Of a stretch of DNA of 64,000 bases, positions 21,042-35,835 are shown piece by piece. The notes below the pieces were generated by a model, which searched no databases, was not told the origin of the DNA, and saw nothing but the letters and a program-made list of their open reading frames with translations. The DNA lies in contig CM068771.1 in the NCBI GenBank assembly GCA_035084275.1, positions 4,154,001-4,218,000 on the forward strand, given 5' to 3'. Numbering within the stretch: the stretch's first letter is position 1; every line of letters begins with the position of its first letter. A program made the translations under genes and the position numbers. The DNA comes from Hydrolagus colliei (Eukaryota).

Positions 21042-24000
21042 ATGATCTGGAAACGCTGTATTCAGGTCCTGTGGCTTGTGCTCCCCCTCTCTCTGGCTGG
21101 TAAGGAAACACGTTGAATCTGTTTGGTTTCTGCTGATGGTAAAGGGAGGACCTCTCCATTCTGGTTCGTGTCCATAGGAAAGTGTAAAAGTTCCAAATGA
21201 CATTTGTGTCTATTTGCGGCCAGGGCTCACTATGTCTCCTCATCCTTCTTGATCTTCCCACGGCCACTAACATGGTTGACCACTTTATCCTTCTCCACTC
21301 CCTTTCCTCTCAGCTCCACGTTCGTGGCTCTGTCCTTTCCTGGTTCTGTTCTTACCTTTCCCATCGTCTCCACTTTGTTTCCACCAATGACTTCTCCTGT
21401 ATCCCACGCTCCATCACATGTGATGATATCCAGGGTTCTTTACCTGGTCCTACCCTTTTTAATATTTACATTCTCTCGCTTCCGGATGTGGGTGACAATC
21501 AACTCTGTCTCTCTGCCTATACCCCCAACTCCAGGAACAATGCTGTCCTGATAGATTGTCGGTCAGACAAGGCTTGGATGAGACCCAATTTCCTAACTAT
21601 AAATGTACAAGACTAAGGCTCTCCATCACCATCCTTTCCTTCCATCAGCATCTCTGCACCCCGGGCACTGACGGCATCAATATTCGTGGATGTACTCTCC
21701 ACCACCAATACATAAGAACTTAAGTATTAGGCGCAGGACTAGGCCATTTGGCCCCTCAAGCCTGCCCCGCCATTCAATAATACCATGGCTGATCTTCAAA
21801 TCTAACTCCACCTATGCGCCTCATTTCCATATCCCATAATCCCTTTGTCCAAAGAAATCTATCAATTTCAGTCTTGAATATGCTAAAGGATTGAACATCT
21901 ACAGTTTTTTGGGTTAGAAAATTCCATAAATTCACTAGCCTCTGAGTGCAGAAGTTTTCCCTCAACTCATTGTGAAAAGGCTGACACCTATTCTTAAGAC
22001 TATAACCCCAACCAGGATCACCAACCAGGGGAAACAGTCTCCCACTGTCTACTCTGTCATGGCCCTTAATAATCTTATAGGTTTCTTTCATGTCACCTCT
22101 CATTCTTCAAATGCAAGGATTATTATTATAGTTCAATTGCGGCTGCCAAAGGGAACTTCTACTTTATGTTAGTATGTCACTAACTTTCTGTTGATAGTTA
22201 TTCTGAGACAATGTGACTGAAAATCCTAACTATTGTCGATTGTTTGTTACTGAACAGAGAGATTCACAGTCAATGTTCCCAGTCACCCTGCCCTAGCCAT
22301 TGCTGGTTCAGACGTTGTCCTGGACTGTAAGTGTTCCACAAAGCTGCCATTAGAGGGTGTGGAGGTGAGATGGTTCAGGGTGAGATTCGACTCCCCTGTG
22401 CACTTATTTAAAGAGGGACATCATCAACTGGATATACAGGATGAAGCCTATAGACACAGAACACAACTGTTTGAAGAGAAGTTTATCAATGGTGATGTGT
22501 CTCTCAGACTGGAAGATGTACGGGTGACAGATCATGGAGAGTACACATGTTTCGTCGAGTACGACGGATCGTATGAACAGGGAGTGATAGAGTTGAAAGT
22601 TATAGGTCAGTAATGTTTCCAATTCATTTTATTACATGTAATCTGTGTGTGCAAGAATTCACTCATCTTTAATAAGTTCAAAGTACAATAATTTCTATGA
22701 ACAAGAATGTCCGTTTATTCAGAATGTTGTAGATGTGTTTTTGTTAAGTTACTGCACTGTAATGTCCCGGGTAAAATATTGTCTGATTCATGTCTCCTGT
22801 CTCTTCCAGGCCTTGGCAGTCAGCCTTGGATTCATGTTGATGGACAACACAATGGTGGTGTGATGCTATTGTGTGAATCCAGTGGATGGTTCCCAGCACC
22901 AGAGGTTCTGTGGTTTGATGATCAGGGAAACAAATTATCAACACTCAGTAACTGGACAGTCAAACAGGATTCTAAAGGTCTCTTCAGTGTTCAAAGCCAA
23001 ATAGAAATAATCCATTCAACCAACAAGATCAAGTGTCTGATTCATAATTCAGAAAATGAACAAGAAGGAAAACTCCAAATCTTGGGTTGGTAAACACAGT
23101 AAATATTAATGTTGGTCTGAAAAATATGATGTAGATTTATTATAATAACTCTTGCATTTGAAATAACACTTTTCACGTTTTCTATGCATCTCAAATTGCT
23201 TCACAGAATATACTGTAAAATATATTGGCTGTGTATACATGGGCGAAACGTGGCAGAAAGTTGCGCACAGCAGTGTCCCTCAAACAGCTGTGTATTAAAA
23301 TAACCAATTATTATTGTGTCTTTTTGAGGGACTATTATTAGCTGTGCAGAGTAAGGAAACTTGCCCAAAGTTTCACCCCACCGGGAATCAAACTCACGTC
23401 TCGCGCTTGTCAGGGGAGTGCTCTAATCACTGAGCTACAGGACTCCATAAAGTATTGTACAGGACTTCACTTGATGTGTTGTACAACACATGAAGTGAAT
23501 ACATATCGGTCTGGATGATACGGTCTATCTAATTTCATCCTTTCAAAATATGAAACTCGTAAGAATTAGGAGCAGGAGTAGGCCACTCGGTCGCTCGAGC
23601 CTGCCCCACCATTCAATAAGATCATGGCTGATCTATTCTAACTCCATCTACCCGCGTTATCCCCATATCCATTCATCATCTCCTTTATCTCTCTATTATC
23701 CCTCTCATCATCTTTAATAACAACTATTTACATTTGTAAATTGCCTTTCACATCGAGACAACGTCCCAATGTGGAAGATGCTATAAAACGTCAAAGATTT
23801 GGTCATCAGCTGGGGGATAGGGTCAAGAAGGATGGAAGGCAGGTGGGTGGGAGTAGGTGGGTGACCGAATGTATGGTCAAAGTGGTGGGTGTTGAAGGTG
23901 AGAAGGGACAGCCCGAGGTGGAGGGACTGTGGATGGGGTTCCAAAAATACCTCCGTACTCCAGCCCACCCAACCTTCCTGTTAATTATTCAAGCTGCTTA

Positions 24001-27000
24001 TTATGTTAGGAATGAATCAATACTGAATGTCAACGTGACTGAAGCTCTCCTGATTAGCTCCAGTCAGCGCCTTCACATCTCAGGTACTGGCAGCATCAAC
24101 AACAACAACAAATTACATTTATAGAGCGCCTTTCACGTCGGGAGGACGTCCCAAGGCGCTGAATGTACAACCTCCATGGTTGTACATTCCATATCAACAA
24201 ACCAGTCAGGAACCTAGATGTCTTGTTCTATCCTCAACTGTCTTTCCTCCCCCACTTACAAGCCGTGACTCATTCTGCCTTCAATCACCTCCGCAACATT
24301 GCCCAACTCCGCCACTAGGTCACCCCTCAGGCCGCTGAAACTGTATCCAATATGATACCAGGCTTCACTTTGATTGAAGCCTGTGGTAGCGACTGAGCTA
24401 TTGTGTGTAATACAGTAACATGGGGGTAAATGTAGGCATTTAGTGTTTGATATCAGAATAGATGTTTGAATGTATATTTACATTTCTTGACAGATGAGTT
24501 CTTCCCCAAAGTGCCAGTGGGTTTGGTGGTCTCCTCACTGCTCTTAGGACTTGCCATAATAGTGCTGAGTGTTCTTGTCGTCTACAGTGTAAAACAGCAC
24601 CGAGAGATCAAAGGTACGTTTCCGTCAGTAACATCCCTCAACTTAACACTGTGTTACTGTTTGTGTGAGAATATGCAAGTTCTATAAATCAATTGCTTTC
24701 TCCCTTCACTCAGTAACCACCTGGCCTGTTTCATGTCACTGCCCTATTCTTCCCCCCCATCAGCAAGTTAGGCTTTCAACCTATCTGTCCCCACTCTCTG
24801 GAACTCAATCCAACTGTCTTTTCGAATCAGTCTTTCCAAATCACTGCCACATCATCCCATTCTGAAAGATGCTCTATAAATGTCATTTTGTTGTTGTTGT
24901 TTAATAGGCCCCCTCTCCCCACTCTCACTGACTCACTGGAGACAATAAAACAGCATCTTAGACTACCACAGCTTGGCTAAATTATTAATTATTGCAGTAT
25001 TATCTCATCGCTCGCTCCTCTCTCCCTTCTCTCGTTGAACGCTCCACTCCACTCTTCTCTTATCACTCGCTCCACTCTCCCTTCTCCGCCTAAGGGTGCA
25101 TCGCGCGAGGGCGGTGAACTCCCATATGCAGACCAGCCAGCCAGCGCATATACGCACGTTATTCAATAAAGTCACGCATTTTTTTCTTCGCGCATGTTTG
25201 AGTTCACAATTGAGAAAGATGCGATCGACGAGTGCCTACTGTAACTGAGTTGAGCTTTATTCTGTGTAGTTTATCGCTTGTTATTGTTGTAAACAGGTAG
25301 TTTGACCACTAAATAATACTGTATTCAATATTGGTTTCTAACAGTTTTGCTTTGTATCCTCCAGATCTTGAGAAGACAGTTGGTAAGTCATCAAAGTAAA
25401 ATAACAATCTCATATTATGATTACTCTCACTCACAAGGTTCACACAAATCAGACGTAAGGTGGTGTTACAACACTTCTGTTTGCCAACAAAAGGCAAAGT
25501 TGCTACACTCTCCTGTCAACCTGGGGAAATGCTCATGGGGAGCCAAATCAAATTCAAGGATTATTATTGTGGTATAAGGTTAACTTGCAATTCTTTAGCG
25601 CTCTCCACGCAGGGCAGCATCTCAAAGCACTTAAGAATGGCGGAGCCTGACTGTGGTCTGGGGGGGAGGTTGGGCCGTAAGCATGTAGGAAAAGGAATGT
25701 TTTAAGGCAGGTCTTAAGGGGAGATGGGGAGCAAGGCAGAGGGATTGAAGGAGAGAATCCATTGTTTCGGGGGTCGGTCGCTGAATGTATAAAGGTGGAG
25801 AGGAGGGAAAGTTCGCTGGGAAGTTGACATGTATATGAGATACATGATAAGAGACTTGAAGGAGTATATGGATAGGGCAGAACAGCTGCTGTAAGAAAAG
25901 ATTGCTTTAATAACTCTTACAAACTAGATATTTCACGTCATTAACTGTTCATTTTCTTCGCTTAGACAACAGTGGCTTGTCAATATACACACATTTCAGG
26001 GAGGGGGTGGGGTGGATAGAATGAGCAAGCTTGTCAGTAACACAGGGAGTGAGTCAATGATGGAGGGATGGAGGAAATGAAAGAAGAAGGTATTGAGAGA
26101 GAACAACAACAATATTGCACTTATATAGCGCTTTTCACGTCGGGAGGACGTCCCAAAGCGTCTCCCAAAACAAGGGAGTGATTTGGGAGCTACATAAGGT
26201 TTGATCACTTCTCTCTTGGTTCTAGGGTGGAAGAGGATTTGTAGGTGTGCAGGTAAGAGTCTAACTGCTAAAGGAACCTGACTCCCCCCCAACCACCCCG
26301 CCACACACTTACATTCCCTCCCCACCCCCCACCCACCCCCCACACACATGAACTCAATCCCCACCCACACACATACTCCCGCTGAGGGTGGTGTGGGAGT
26401 ATGTGATGGTATCTCACACACCATCACATACCCCCACACCACTCACACACACTCATATCTCTCTCCCACACACACCATCAAATCCCCCCGACACACACAT
26501 CACCTTACACCACACCCCCCACACAACAACAAATATTACATTGATAGAGCGCCTTTCACATTGGGAAGATGTCCCAAGGCGCTGAACAGTCGGGTCAGGA
26601 CCCGAGCAAGGGGGAGGGGCAAGGTGGGTGGGGGGGAGGGGAGGGAGAGAGTTGGGAGGGCAGCTGAAGGCACTGACCAAGAGGAGAGTCTTGAGACTGG
26701 CCTTGAAGGAGGTGAAGGGGAAGTGAGGTGAAGGGACTATGGGATGGAGTTTCAGAGTGTGGGGGCAGAGGCTGAAAGCCCGGCCACCAATGGGAGGGCA
26801 GATCAAGCGGAGAACATGGAGCAGCCTGCAGCCTGGGGTGGGCAGGTTGATAGGATGTCAGCCGGTCAGAGAGATAGGAGGGGGCAAGGTAGTGAAACGT
26901 CTTGAAAGTGAGGACAACCCCAAACACCCCCTCCCCACAATGCACATAACCTCACAAGCCTCCAACACAACTCTCCCTCCTCCCCCCGCCCCCCCCCCCC

Positions 27001-28796
27001 CCCACACACACACCCCCACAAACACCCTGGCATTCCCTCCCAACACACGCCCTCACATCTTCCCTCTGGCCCCCCCACCCCCCACCGCCGCACACATCCT
27101 CACTTCCCCTCACCTCCACACACCCTCATATCTCCCCCCACAACACACATAGTCACATCTCCCGCACACACCCTCAAACAACACTCCTCACACAAACCTC
27201 CACATAACCCACAAACACCCTTACAGCTCTCCCCCACACACCTGCAAATTGCTCAGCCAAACACACCCTCATATTCCCCCCACCAAACACACTCACACCC
27301 GAACCCTACACACCCTCAGTCACAACTCCCCCACCACACACATCCTTGCATTCCTCACCCACACATATACACATATCCCCCCATACACACCCTCATATCC
27401 CCTCCACACACATCAAACTCCACCCACTAAACCCTCACATAACCCTCACATCCCCACACACACAGCCTCACATTCCCCCTCACCCACATAACCTCACATC
27501 CCCCCAACACACACACCCTCACATCCCCCTACACACACAGCCTCACATCCCCATACACACAGCCTCACATCCCCCTCACCCATAAACCCTCACATCCCCC
27601 CTACACACACACACCCTCACACCCCCCCTACACACACACACCCTCACACCCCCCCTACACACACACACCCTCACATCCCCCCTACACACACACACCCTCA
27701 CATCCCCCCTACACACACACACCCTCACATCCCCCCTCCACACTGACACACCCCAGTCCACACACCCTCACATTCCCCCCTCCTCCCCCCCCCAACACAC
27801 ACCCTCACATTCCCCCCTCCTCCCCCCCCCAACACACACCCTCACATTCCCCCCTCCTCCCCCCCCCAACACACACCCTCACATCCCCCCCCAACACACA
27901 CCCTCACATCCCATCACACACTCACCCCCAACACAAACATTTCCCACCCCCACACATGCTCATAATCCCCTCCAGACTTACATCATCCCCACACACCCTC
28001 ACATCCCACCCCTCACACACACCCTCACATCCCACCCCTCACACACACCCTCACATCCCCCCTCTTCCTCTCCCCTCCACACACACCCCCACATCACCGC
28101 CCAACTCGTCCCCCTACCCCCCCCCCCCCACACCCACAGACTCTGAGCCTTTGTGTTGGATTCTGTTCCCAGGAGATGTCAGTGTTTGACACAAAGGCTT
28201 CTCTCCCGATGCTGAAGATCATCTTATTTACAATTGTCAATGTGTCCGACACTAATGGTCTGGTTCTCACTCTAGTTACAGTCACTCTGGATCCTGACAC
28301 AGCCCATCCCCGGCTCATCCTGTCTGAGGCCCTGACCAGTGTGAGACGCGGAGACACATGGCAGCCGCTCCCTGACACCCCAAAGAGGTTTAGTGTCTGT
28401 GCCATTGTCCTGGGGTCTGAGGGCTTCACATCAGGGAGACATTACTGGGAGGTGCAGGTGGGGAACAAGACAAGGTGGATTGTGGGATTGGCCAGAGAGT
28501 CTGTCAACAGGAAACAACCAATCACATGGTCACCAGAGGGCGGGGTCTGGGGTGTGTGGCTGTGGGGCGGGGCCTATGAGGCTCTGACGTCACCCCCCAC
28601 CCGCCTGCCCCTGACAGTGAGACCCGGGAAGGTCGGAGTTCACCTGGACTATGAGGGGGGACAGGTGTCAGTTTACGACGCTGATCACATGTCTCATCTC
28701 CACACCTTCACCCAAACTTTCACTGAGAGACTCTATCCTCTCTTCTATCCCGGGTTTGATTCTGAGCCTCTGACAATCTGCCCAGTGACTGGTTAA
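21042..28796 (+). CDS. Butyrophilin-like gene, copy B (complete, 455 aa)
   Basis: Exons 21042-21099 ([19 protein letters not shown], signal peptide), 22258-22605, 22810-23085, 24494-24613, 25365-25382, 26226-26252, 28276-28796. Total 1368 nt, one open frame ending in TAA. Confidence 0.92.
21197..21616 (+). mobile_element. L2-type LINE RT fragment in BTNL intron 1 (also 45292-45711)
   Basis: Degenerate LLDL....[11 protein letters not shown]...[12 protein letters not shown]...[13 protein letters not shown]. Confidence 0.75.
21711..22103 (-). mobile_element. CR1 LINE 3' end in BTNL intron 1 (also 45806-46198)
   Basis: [25 protein letters not shown]...[10 protein letters not shown]...FKTEIDRFL plus a CR1 3' UTR ending in ttcttatg. 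Confidence 0.85.
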
Positions 28797-29787
28797 CGAG
28801 GAGGAAAACGCTGAGACATTGACTAGGTTCACAGGTGGGTGGGTGGGGGGGGGGAGGGGGTTGAGTGGCCATTTTAAGATGAGAGTTGGCTTTGGGTCAG
28901 TATCAATGGGGGTGGGGGGGAATCCATCGCCTTGGCAACCAACCGCTGACAGGGTGTGAGAGCGGCAAGAGGGCCCCATGTGTTGCGGTTGCTGGGAGGA
29001 CTGACTGAGATCCTCCTCATGGCTTTCCCTCCCATCTCTCATTAAATGGTGAGGGGGCGGGGGGGAGATAGGGACTGAGCCCCCACCAGCCCTCACCACC
29101 CACCGTCTATTTGACTGTTGTAACCGCGAGGTTTGGATGGAGCCGAGTGTTTGATTCTGGGCTTTTCCCCCAGTTTTGAGCTGAGTCTGAGACAGGAATC
29201 AATTACAATGAAAACTTCATCACCAGCTGGTCTCTGGGCTTGTGCTGAGAGAATCTGAGCTTCCATCAGTGTGTGAGCTCACACGGTCTGAGACAGGGAT
29301 ATCGGCTGATATCTTCCTCTCCAGCAATGCCCAGTCTCACAGTCGGGGGCTGGGCTCAGAATCTCACTGAAATCTCCCAAATCACTTTAGTGTCTATAAA
29401 CAAGGTGACACATTCTACTCTAGCGTCAGCCTCGTCTCACTGTGTATAAACAATGTGTAATGTGTATTTTCAGTGACTACTTTTATAATCTGTGTAACAT
29501 TTCTCATTCACTGTAACAATCACTCAAGACCTTTAACCCTCATTAAATCAATGTCCCGTTGTCTAGTCAAGTTGATATTATTACAGAAAATATTGTCATT
29601 GATTTGCAAAATACAAGAGCAATTAACAATAAATCATGTTATGTCATTATTTTATGCCCAATGATTATACACACTCTACACACTCTCCTCCCCCTCCCTC
29701 TCCCACCCCCACCACCCCCGATACACTCAGACACTGATACACACACCACTGACCATCAACCCCTGATACAAGAACACCAACAAGTTA

Positions 29788-30221
29788 CAGGTAGACCCCA
29801 CTTAACGTCGCCTCGGTTAACGTACTTTCGTTATTACATTGCTGATACATTGGAAACACACAAATATCCCTCCCCGACCGTGGAGGATACGTTCCTGAAC
29901 CCCCCCCCCCCCCCCCCAAGTGATTAGTAAAACCGTGGTTGGCAAATACAAGGCCAACCGCGTGTCTGGTTGATGTAACTGGGTCATCGCACCAAACTCT
30001 AGTGTTAGTGTTGAAACCCATGGATGCGCAAAATTCACTGCCGCGGTTGGCAAAGGTTGTCGCAGAGAGGAAACCACGGATACGGAGTGGGCAGCGAGAG
30101 AGATAGTCAGTGAGTGAGTGAGCCAGGAAGGCAGTCGGAGTGAGTGTAATGGGTTTGGTTTTAGAAATTTTTGACGCAAAATGTCCAAAAGAACCTAAAT
30201 CCAGTTTTAACATTCATTCTT
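29788..30221. mobile_element. Same MITE, right end deleted (unit 2)
   Basis: Same junction as in unit 1. Confidence 0.8.
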
Positions 30222-31169
30222 CCAGATGGGAGTGCAGATGGCTAATTTCCATCTGCACTTCCATCTTGAAACATCCGTTGATTTGCATAAATTTCACACA
30301 TGTTCACATTGAAATAATAATAACTTCACATTAACTTACGTTCAACGTCAAGGTGTTTTGGACAATTTTAATGAAGATTTGGCTGATTTCCAGCTGTGTC
30401 TAAAAACGTTCCCAAAATTTCAACAAATATTCAGAACGATTTGATCTGAATTTCCAGTTTATTAGAGCACTTTCCAGGAGTTTCAGCGAATTTTCAGCTG
30501 TTTTTCCAGCACTTTCTAGAAGTTACAGTAGTCATCAGTAGTGCCCAGCCCACTTTCATGTGAACTTTTGGCTCATTTCCAGCTGCATATTTTTTAAATA
30601 TGTGTTGATTTCCATCAATTTAGCACATTTCAATTCATTTTACAGTATATTCTGTGAAGCACTTTGTTACGTCGATAAGACATGAAAAAGCGCTGTATCA
30701 AATGCAAGGATTATTATTATTATTTTTATATTAAACTTACATTCGACTTCAAGATGTTTGTTACCCATTTATATTACCCATTTCTGACGCATAATGAATA
30801 TCTGTCTGATTTCCCAAAGTGTCTTAACACTTTCTCCAAGTTTCAACAAAAGTTCCAAGCAATTTCCCTCTTTTCCCCCCTTTCTCCCTTGACCCCACTT
30901 CCGTGACTGTTTGTCGGACGCTGCCGTGCGCAGTTTGGCTGCCACGTTTCGCCCACAAATATAGTCAATTCTCCTCTCCTTCATCCTACCCCAACCCCTC
31001 CCCCCCTTCTCTTGTCCCTACCTGACTGTACAGCGCATTGGGATGTCCTCTCAATGTGAAAGGCGCCACGTAAATGTAAGTTTTGATTGATTGATTGATT
31101 GTTTGATTGATTGATTGATTGATGGATCAATCAATCAATCAATCGAATGAATGAATGAATGTCCAATGG

Positions 31170-32295
31170 TTTCCAGAACTTTCTAGAAGCTTTAACACAT
31201 TTTCAGCTGTTTTTCCATCACTTTCTAGAAGTTACAGTAGTCACCAGTAGTGCCCAGCCCACTTTCACATGAACTTTTGGCTCATTTTCAGCTGTACATT
31301 CTTGAAATATCTGCTGATTTCCATTAAGTTAGCACATTTCAATTCACTTTACAGTACATTCTGTGAAGCGCTTTGTGACGTCGATAAGATGTGAAAAAGC
31401 ACCAGATCAAATGCGAGGATTATTATTATTATTTTCATATTAAGATAATAATTACAACTTCACGCAAACTTACATTCGACTTCAAGATGTTTTTGACATA
31501 TTTACACATTTACATTGCACATAATGAATCTCTGGCTGATTTCCCAAAGTGTCTTAACTCTTTCCCCAGTTTCAACAAAAGTTCCAAGCAATTGTATCTG
31601 AACGCCCGATGGTTTCCAGAACTCTCCGGAAGCTTTCGCACACATCCAGCACTTTCCAGAAGCTACCGGCCGCGCCTGGTAATTTCGCATGAACCTCTGG
31701 CACGTGGCCAGCTGATCGTTCTGGAAGTTTAACCCGATTCCCGTTGATCCCGGACGTCTCCGCACAATCACAACAACAACAACAATAATAATTCCACACG
31801 AATTCGCGGTTGATTCCGGCTGTTTTTCCCGCTAATTTTCAGCAGATTGCCAGCAGTTTGGAGGCATTGTTTTTTTACTGAAGCTTGGGGCTGATTTTGA
31901 GGCGTTTGAGCCCCTTTTCCCTGTTGACCCCCACAGGTCTGAGCCCCTCCCCCAGGTCTGAGCCCCTCCCCCAGGTCTGAGCCCCTCCCCCAGGTCTGAG
32001 CCCCACCCCCAGGTCTGAGCCCCTCCCCCAGGTCTGAGCCCCTCCCCCAGGTCTGAGCCCCTCCCCCAGGTCAGATCTCCCAGAGCTGGGAATGAAGTTC
32101 CTCTGATTTCCAGCTGTTTCTGGACTGGGTTCCTTCCTGAAGTCTCCGCAACGTTCCACGCGCTCCGATTGGCCGCCGACCAGGAAGCGGCCCGGGGCGT
32201 CCTCTTTGTGACATCACCTTGACGCCCTCTGATTGGCCCACCCCCCCTCGAGGCCGCCAGGCCCCGCCCACAACCAAGAAACTAGCCTTTATATA
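31170..32295 (+). promoter_or_regulatory. HSP70 copy 2 promoter (HSEs, CCAAT, GC box, TATA)
   Basis: Same elements; 4-unit HSE at 31170-31189; TATATA at 32290-32295. Confidence 0.88.
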
Positions 32296-32604
32296 CAGGG
32301 CGAGGAGTGAAGCCAGGCTCAGACACTGAGACAGACTGACACTGAGACAGACTGACACTGAGACAGACTGACACTGAGACAGACTGACACTGAGAGGGGC
32401 TGAGAGACTGAAAGCCCGAGAAACAAGAAGGGAGAGCGAGAGAAAGAAGAGAGAGAGCGAAGGACGGAGCTACAAGAAGAAGACATAAAGAGGAAAACAC
32501 CTTCGCGGCGACTTCAGTCCAAGACTCACTGACATTGGGACAGCGATTCGGAGCCAAAGGATCTAAGTCACGTACAGACGCGCTCACGTACAGACGGCAG
32601 GACA

Positions 32605-34458
32605 ATGGCCCCAGCGATTGGCATCGACCTGGGCACCACCTACTCGTGTGTGGGTGTATTCCAGCACGGCAAGGTGGAGATCATCGCCAACGACCAGGGC
32701 AACCGCACCACACCCAGCTACGTGGCCTTCAACGACACCGAGAGGCTGATCGGCGAAGCCGCCAAGAACCAAGCAGCCCTCAACCCCCCCAACACCGTCT
32801 TCGATGCCAAGAGGCTGATCGGGAGGAAGTTCGATGACCCTGTGGTGCAGGCGGACATGAAGCACTGGCCTTTCCAGGTGGTGAGCCAGGGGGGCAAGCC
32901 CAAGGTGCAGGTTGAGTACAAGGGAGAGTCCAAGACGTTCAACCCCGAAGAGATCTCGTCCATGGTTCTGACCAAGATGAAGGAGATCGCCGAGGCTTAT
33001 CTGGGCTCCAGAGTCACCAACGCTGTCATCACGGTGCCCGCTTACTTCAACGACTCCCAGCGCCAGGCCACCAAAGACGCCGGGATGATCGCGGGGCTCA
33101 ACGTCCTTCGCATCATTAATGAGCCCACGGCAGCCGCCATCGCCTACGGTCTGGACAAGAAGGGCCAGGGGGAGAAGAACGTCCTGATCTTTGACCTGGG
33201 TGGAGGCACCTTCGACGTGTCCATCCTCGCCATCGACGGCGGGATCTTTGAGGTCAAATCCACAGCCGGTGACACCCACCTGGGGGGCGAGGACTTTGAC
33301 AGCCGTATGGTCGACCACTTCATCCAGGAGTTCAAGAGGAAAAACAAGAGGGACATCAGCCAGAACAAGAGAGCAGTCAGGAGGCTGAGGACAGCCTGCG
33401 AGAGAGCAAAGAGGACTCTGTCTTCAAGCACCCAAGCCAGCATTGAGATCGACTCACTGTTTGAGGGAATTGACTTCTACACCTCCATCACCAGGGCACG
33501 GTTTGAGGAGCTCAATGGAGACCTGTTCAGAGGAACCCTGGAGCCAGTGGAGAAAGCGTTGACAGATGCCAAGCTGGACAAGTCTCAGATCCACGAAGTT
33601 GTCCTCGTCGGTGGCTCCACTCGCATCCCGAAGATCCAGAAGCTTCTACAGGATTTCTTCAACGGCCGAGAGCTGAACAAGAGCATCAACCCGGATGAGG
33701 CAGTGGCCTACGGGGCAGCTGTGCAAGCCGCCATCTTGATGGGCGACAAGTCTGAGAATGTGCAGGATCTGCTCCTGCTGGACGTGACTCCTCTGTCCCT
33801 GGGTCTGGAGACAGCGGGAGGCGTCATGACCTCCCTCATCAAGAGAAACTCAACCATACCCTCCAAACAGACCCAGGTCTTCACCACCTACTCCGACAAC
33901 CAGTCCGGTGTCTTGGTGCAAGTCTACGAGGGCGAGAGAGCCATGACCAAGGACAACAACCTCCTGGGCAAGTTTGAGCTGAGTGGAATCCCCCCGGCTC
34001 CCCGCGGGGTCCCGCAGATCCAGGTTACCTTCGACATCGATGCCAACGGCATCCTTAGTGTCTCGGCCGCTGACAAGAGCACTGGTAATGAGAACAAGAT
34101 CACCATCACCAACGAGAAGGGCCGGCTGAGCAAGGAGGAGATCGAGAGGATGGTGCAGGAGGCTGAGAGGTACAAGGCGGATGATGAGACGCAGCGGGAG
34201 AGGGTGATGGCCAAGAACAAGCTGGAGTCGTTCGTCTACACAGCCAAATGTGCGATGGAGGACAAGAGCATGGAGGGCAAGGTGGGAGAGGAGGACAGGC
34301 GGCAGGTGCTGGACAAGTGCAAACAGGTCATCAACTGGCTGGATGGAAACCAGACAGCGGAGAAGGAAGAGTTTGAGCACCAGCTGAAGGAGCTGGAGAG
34401 GGTGTGCAGTCCTGTCATGGCCAGGCTGAGGCAGGGAGGGGCAGAGGGCGGTCAGTGA
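32605..34458 (+). CDS. hsp70: Intronless HSP70, copy 2, truncated at 617 aa (no EEVD)
   Basis: Identical in protein to copy 1 for 617 aa. Codon 618 is TGA (34456-34458) instead of CGA; the old tail is intact and in frame to TAA at 34509. Confidence 0.93.
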   Translation: MAPAIGIDLGTTYSCVGVFQHGKVEIIANDQGNRTTPSYVAFNDTERLIGEAAKNQAALNPPNTVFDAKRLIGRKFDDPVVQADMKHWPFQVVSQGGKPKVQVEYKGESKTFNPEEISSMVLTKMKEIAEAYLGSRVTNAVITVPAYFNDSQRQATKDAGMIAGLNVLRIINEPTAAAIAYGLDKKGQGEKNVLIFDLGGGTFDVSILAIDGGIFEVKSTAGDTHLGGEDFDSRMVDHFIQEFKRKNKRDISQNKRAVRRLRTACERAKRTLSSSTQASIEIDSLFEGIDFYTSITRARFEELNGDLFRGTLEPVEKALTDAKLDKSQIHEVVLVGGSTRIPKIQKLLQDFFNGRELNKSINPDEAVAYGAAVQAAILMGDKSENVQDLLLLDVTPLSLGLETAGGVMTSLIKRNSTIPSKQTQVFTTYSDNQSGVLVQVYEGERAMTKDNNLLGKFELSGIPPAPRGVPQIQVTFDIDANGILSVSAADKSTGNENKITITNEKGRLSKEEIERMVQEAERYKADDETQRERVMAKNKLESFVYTAKCAMEDKSMEGKVGEEDRRQVLDKCKQVINWLDGNQTAEKEEFEHQLKELERVCSPVMARLRQGGAEGGQ

Positions 34459-35835
34459 TCAGGCAAGAGCTGCCCATCTACCGGCCCAACCGTGGAGGAA
34501 GTCGATTAAACGTCAGCCGATGGACTTCCTGCCCCTTTGGCTTTTCTGTACCTGCTCAGGTGTTAACCTTTCCCACCTTCAGACACTTTGGGATATATGT
34601 ATAAATGATAAACGTATAGGGCTATGGGTTAAGAGTAAGGGTGTGGGACTGATTGGGTAGATCTTTCAAACAGCCAGCGCAGATACAATGGGCCTAATGG
34701 TCTACTTATTTGCGGTAAGATTGAATGATTCTATGTATATTTTGAACTAATGATCTGCTATGAATGTATGTCACAGCGACAGCAGCTGGACTCCGAATTT
34801 TATTTTATTAAACTGTTTGTACCCGATGTACTTCTGTGTGTGTGTGTGTGTGTGAGATTCATACTGGCTCAAACACTGGGGCCCTCAACTCTGAGTCAGA
34901 AGGTTGTGGGTGGAAGCCACACACTGGGCCGTGGAACCACAGTCTACCATGACACTTGAATGCAGGCGCTGGGTGGGGAGGGGGGCGTTGGGTGGGGGAG
35001 GGGGAGGGTGGAGTGTGGGGTTTGCGACATCGTCAGAACTGGCATCCTTCAAACAAAACATTAAAGTGAGCTCCCGTCAGCGCAGTGTTTCACAAACAGT
35101 TGTGGATTTCGTGAGCAAATGTTATTATTGTTAAGGGATTGTGACCCCAGTAAAGTGATCGGAAATCGCCCTAGAACTGTGGTCCTTTTCCCTGCTGGAT
35201 AAACAGAGGCTTGTGGAATGGCGGTGTTGATGGGGAAACTTCACCCTATTGTTCACAGTAAAACATTAATAATAATCCTGACGTTTGAGAAGCACCTTTC
35301 GTGTCAGGTGGACATCTCAAAGAGGTTACACCATAAACATAAGAGCTGAGAACTTCTAGGACATGGTTATACAGTAAAATTCACATCAGTATTATTGCTA
35401 ACATCACACCTGGACCCGAGTAAATTTACCTTTCCCTCGTGTCTCCCGATGTAGGTAAGTTAGAGTGCGATATCAGAAACAGAATCATTTACTGAGGGTT
35501 AAATTGACCGGCTGGGTGGATACAATGGACGCCGGTTAAATCGGACACGAAAGGGCCGAGCATTTAATCTGAAATAAGCAGCTTCTGAGGCTGACCGCTA
35601 TCGATGTATTAAATCTCATCCTTTGTTTTAACCCAATTACTGACAACATAGTAACGCCAATTACTACAACATATAGCGCCTCTGACGTCAGGAGGAAGTC
35701 CCGAGGCACTGTCACCAATTGCTGATGTGTAAAGCCCTGAACACAATGCTCACTGTCATTTACAAACTAAGAAGGTGATTGATACCTTGATAAATAGTGT
35801 TCACAGAAAACGGGTAAAAAAAAAGTGACAGAAAT

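Larger units (their letters stand above)
1..22223. repeat. Tandem segmental duplication unit 1 (BTNL-HSP70-TIGD cassette); phase defined by the window start
   Basis: Sequence at position 1 (tcctaactattgtcgattg) recurs at 22224 and 46319, with the same ORFs in the same order and orientation. Confidence 0.97.

Noticed and set aside
34456-34509. Programmed readthrough or selenocysteine recoding of the HSP70 TGA to restore EEVD
   Set aside because: Context is TGA-TCA, not the leaky UGA-CUAG; no SECIS recognised; simply explained by CpG deamination.
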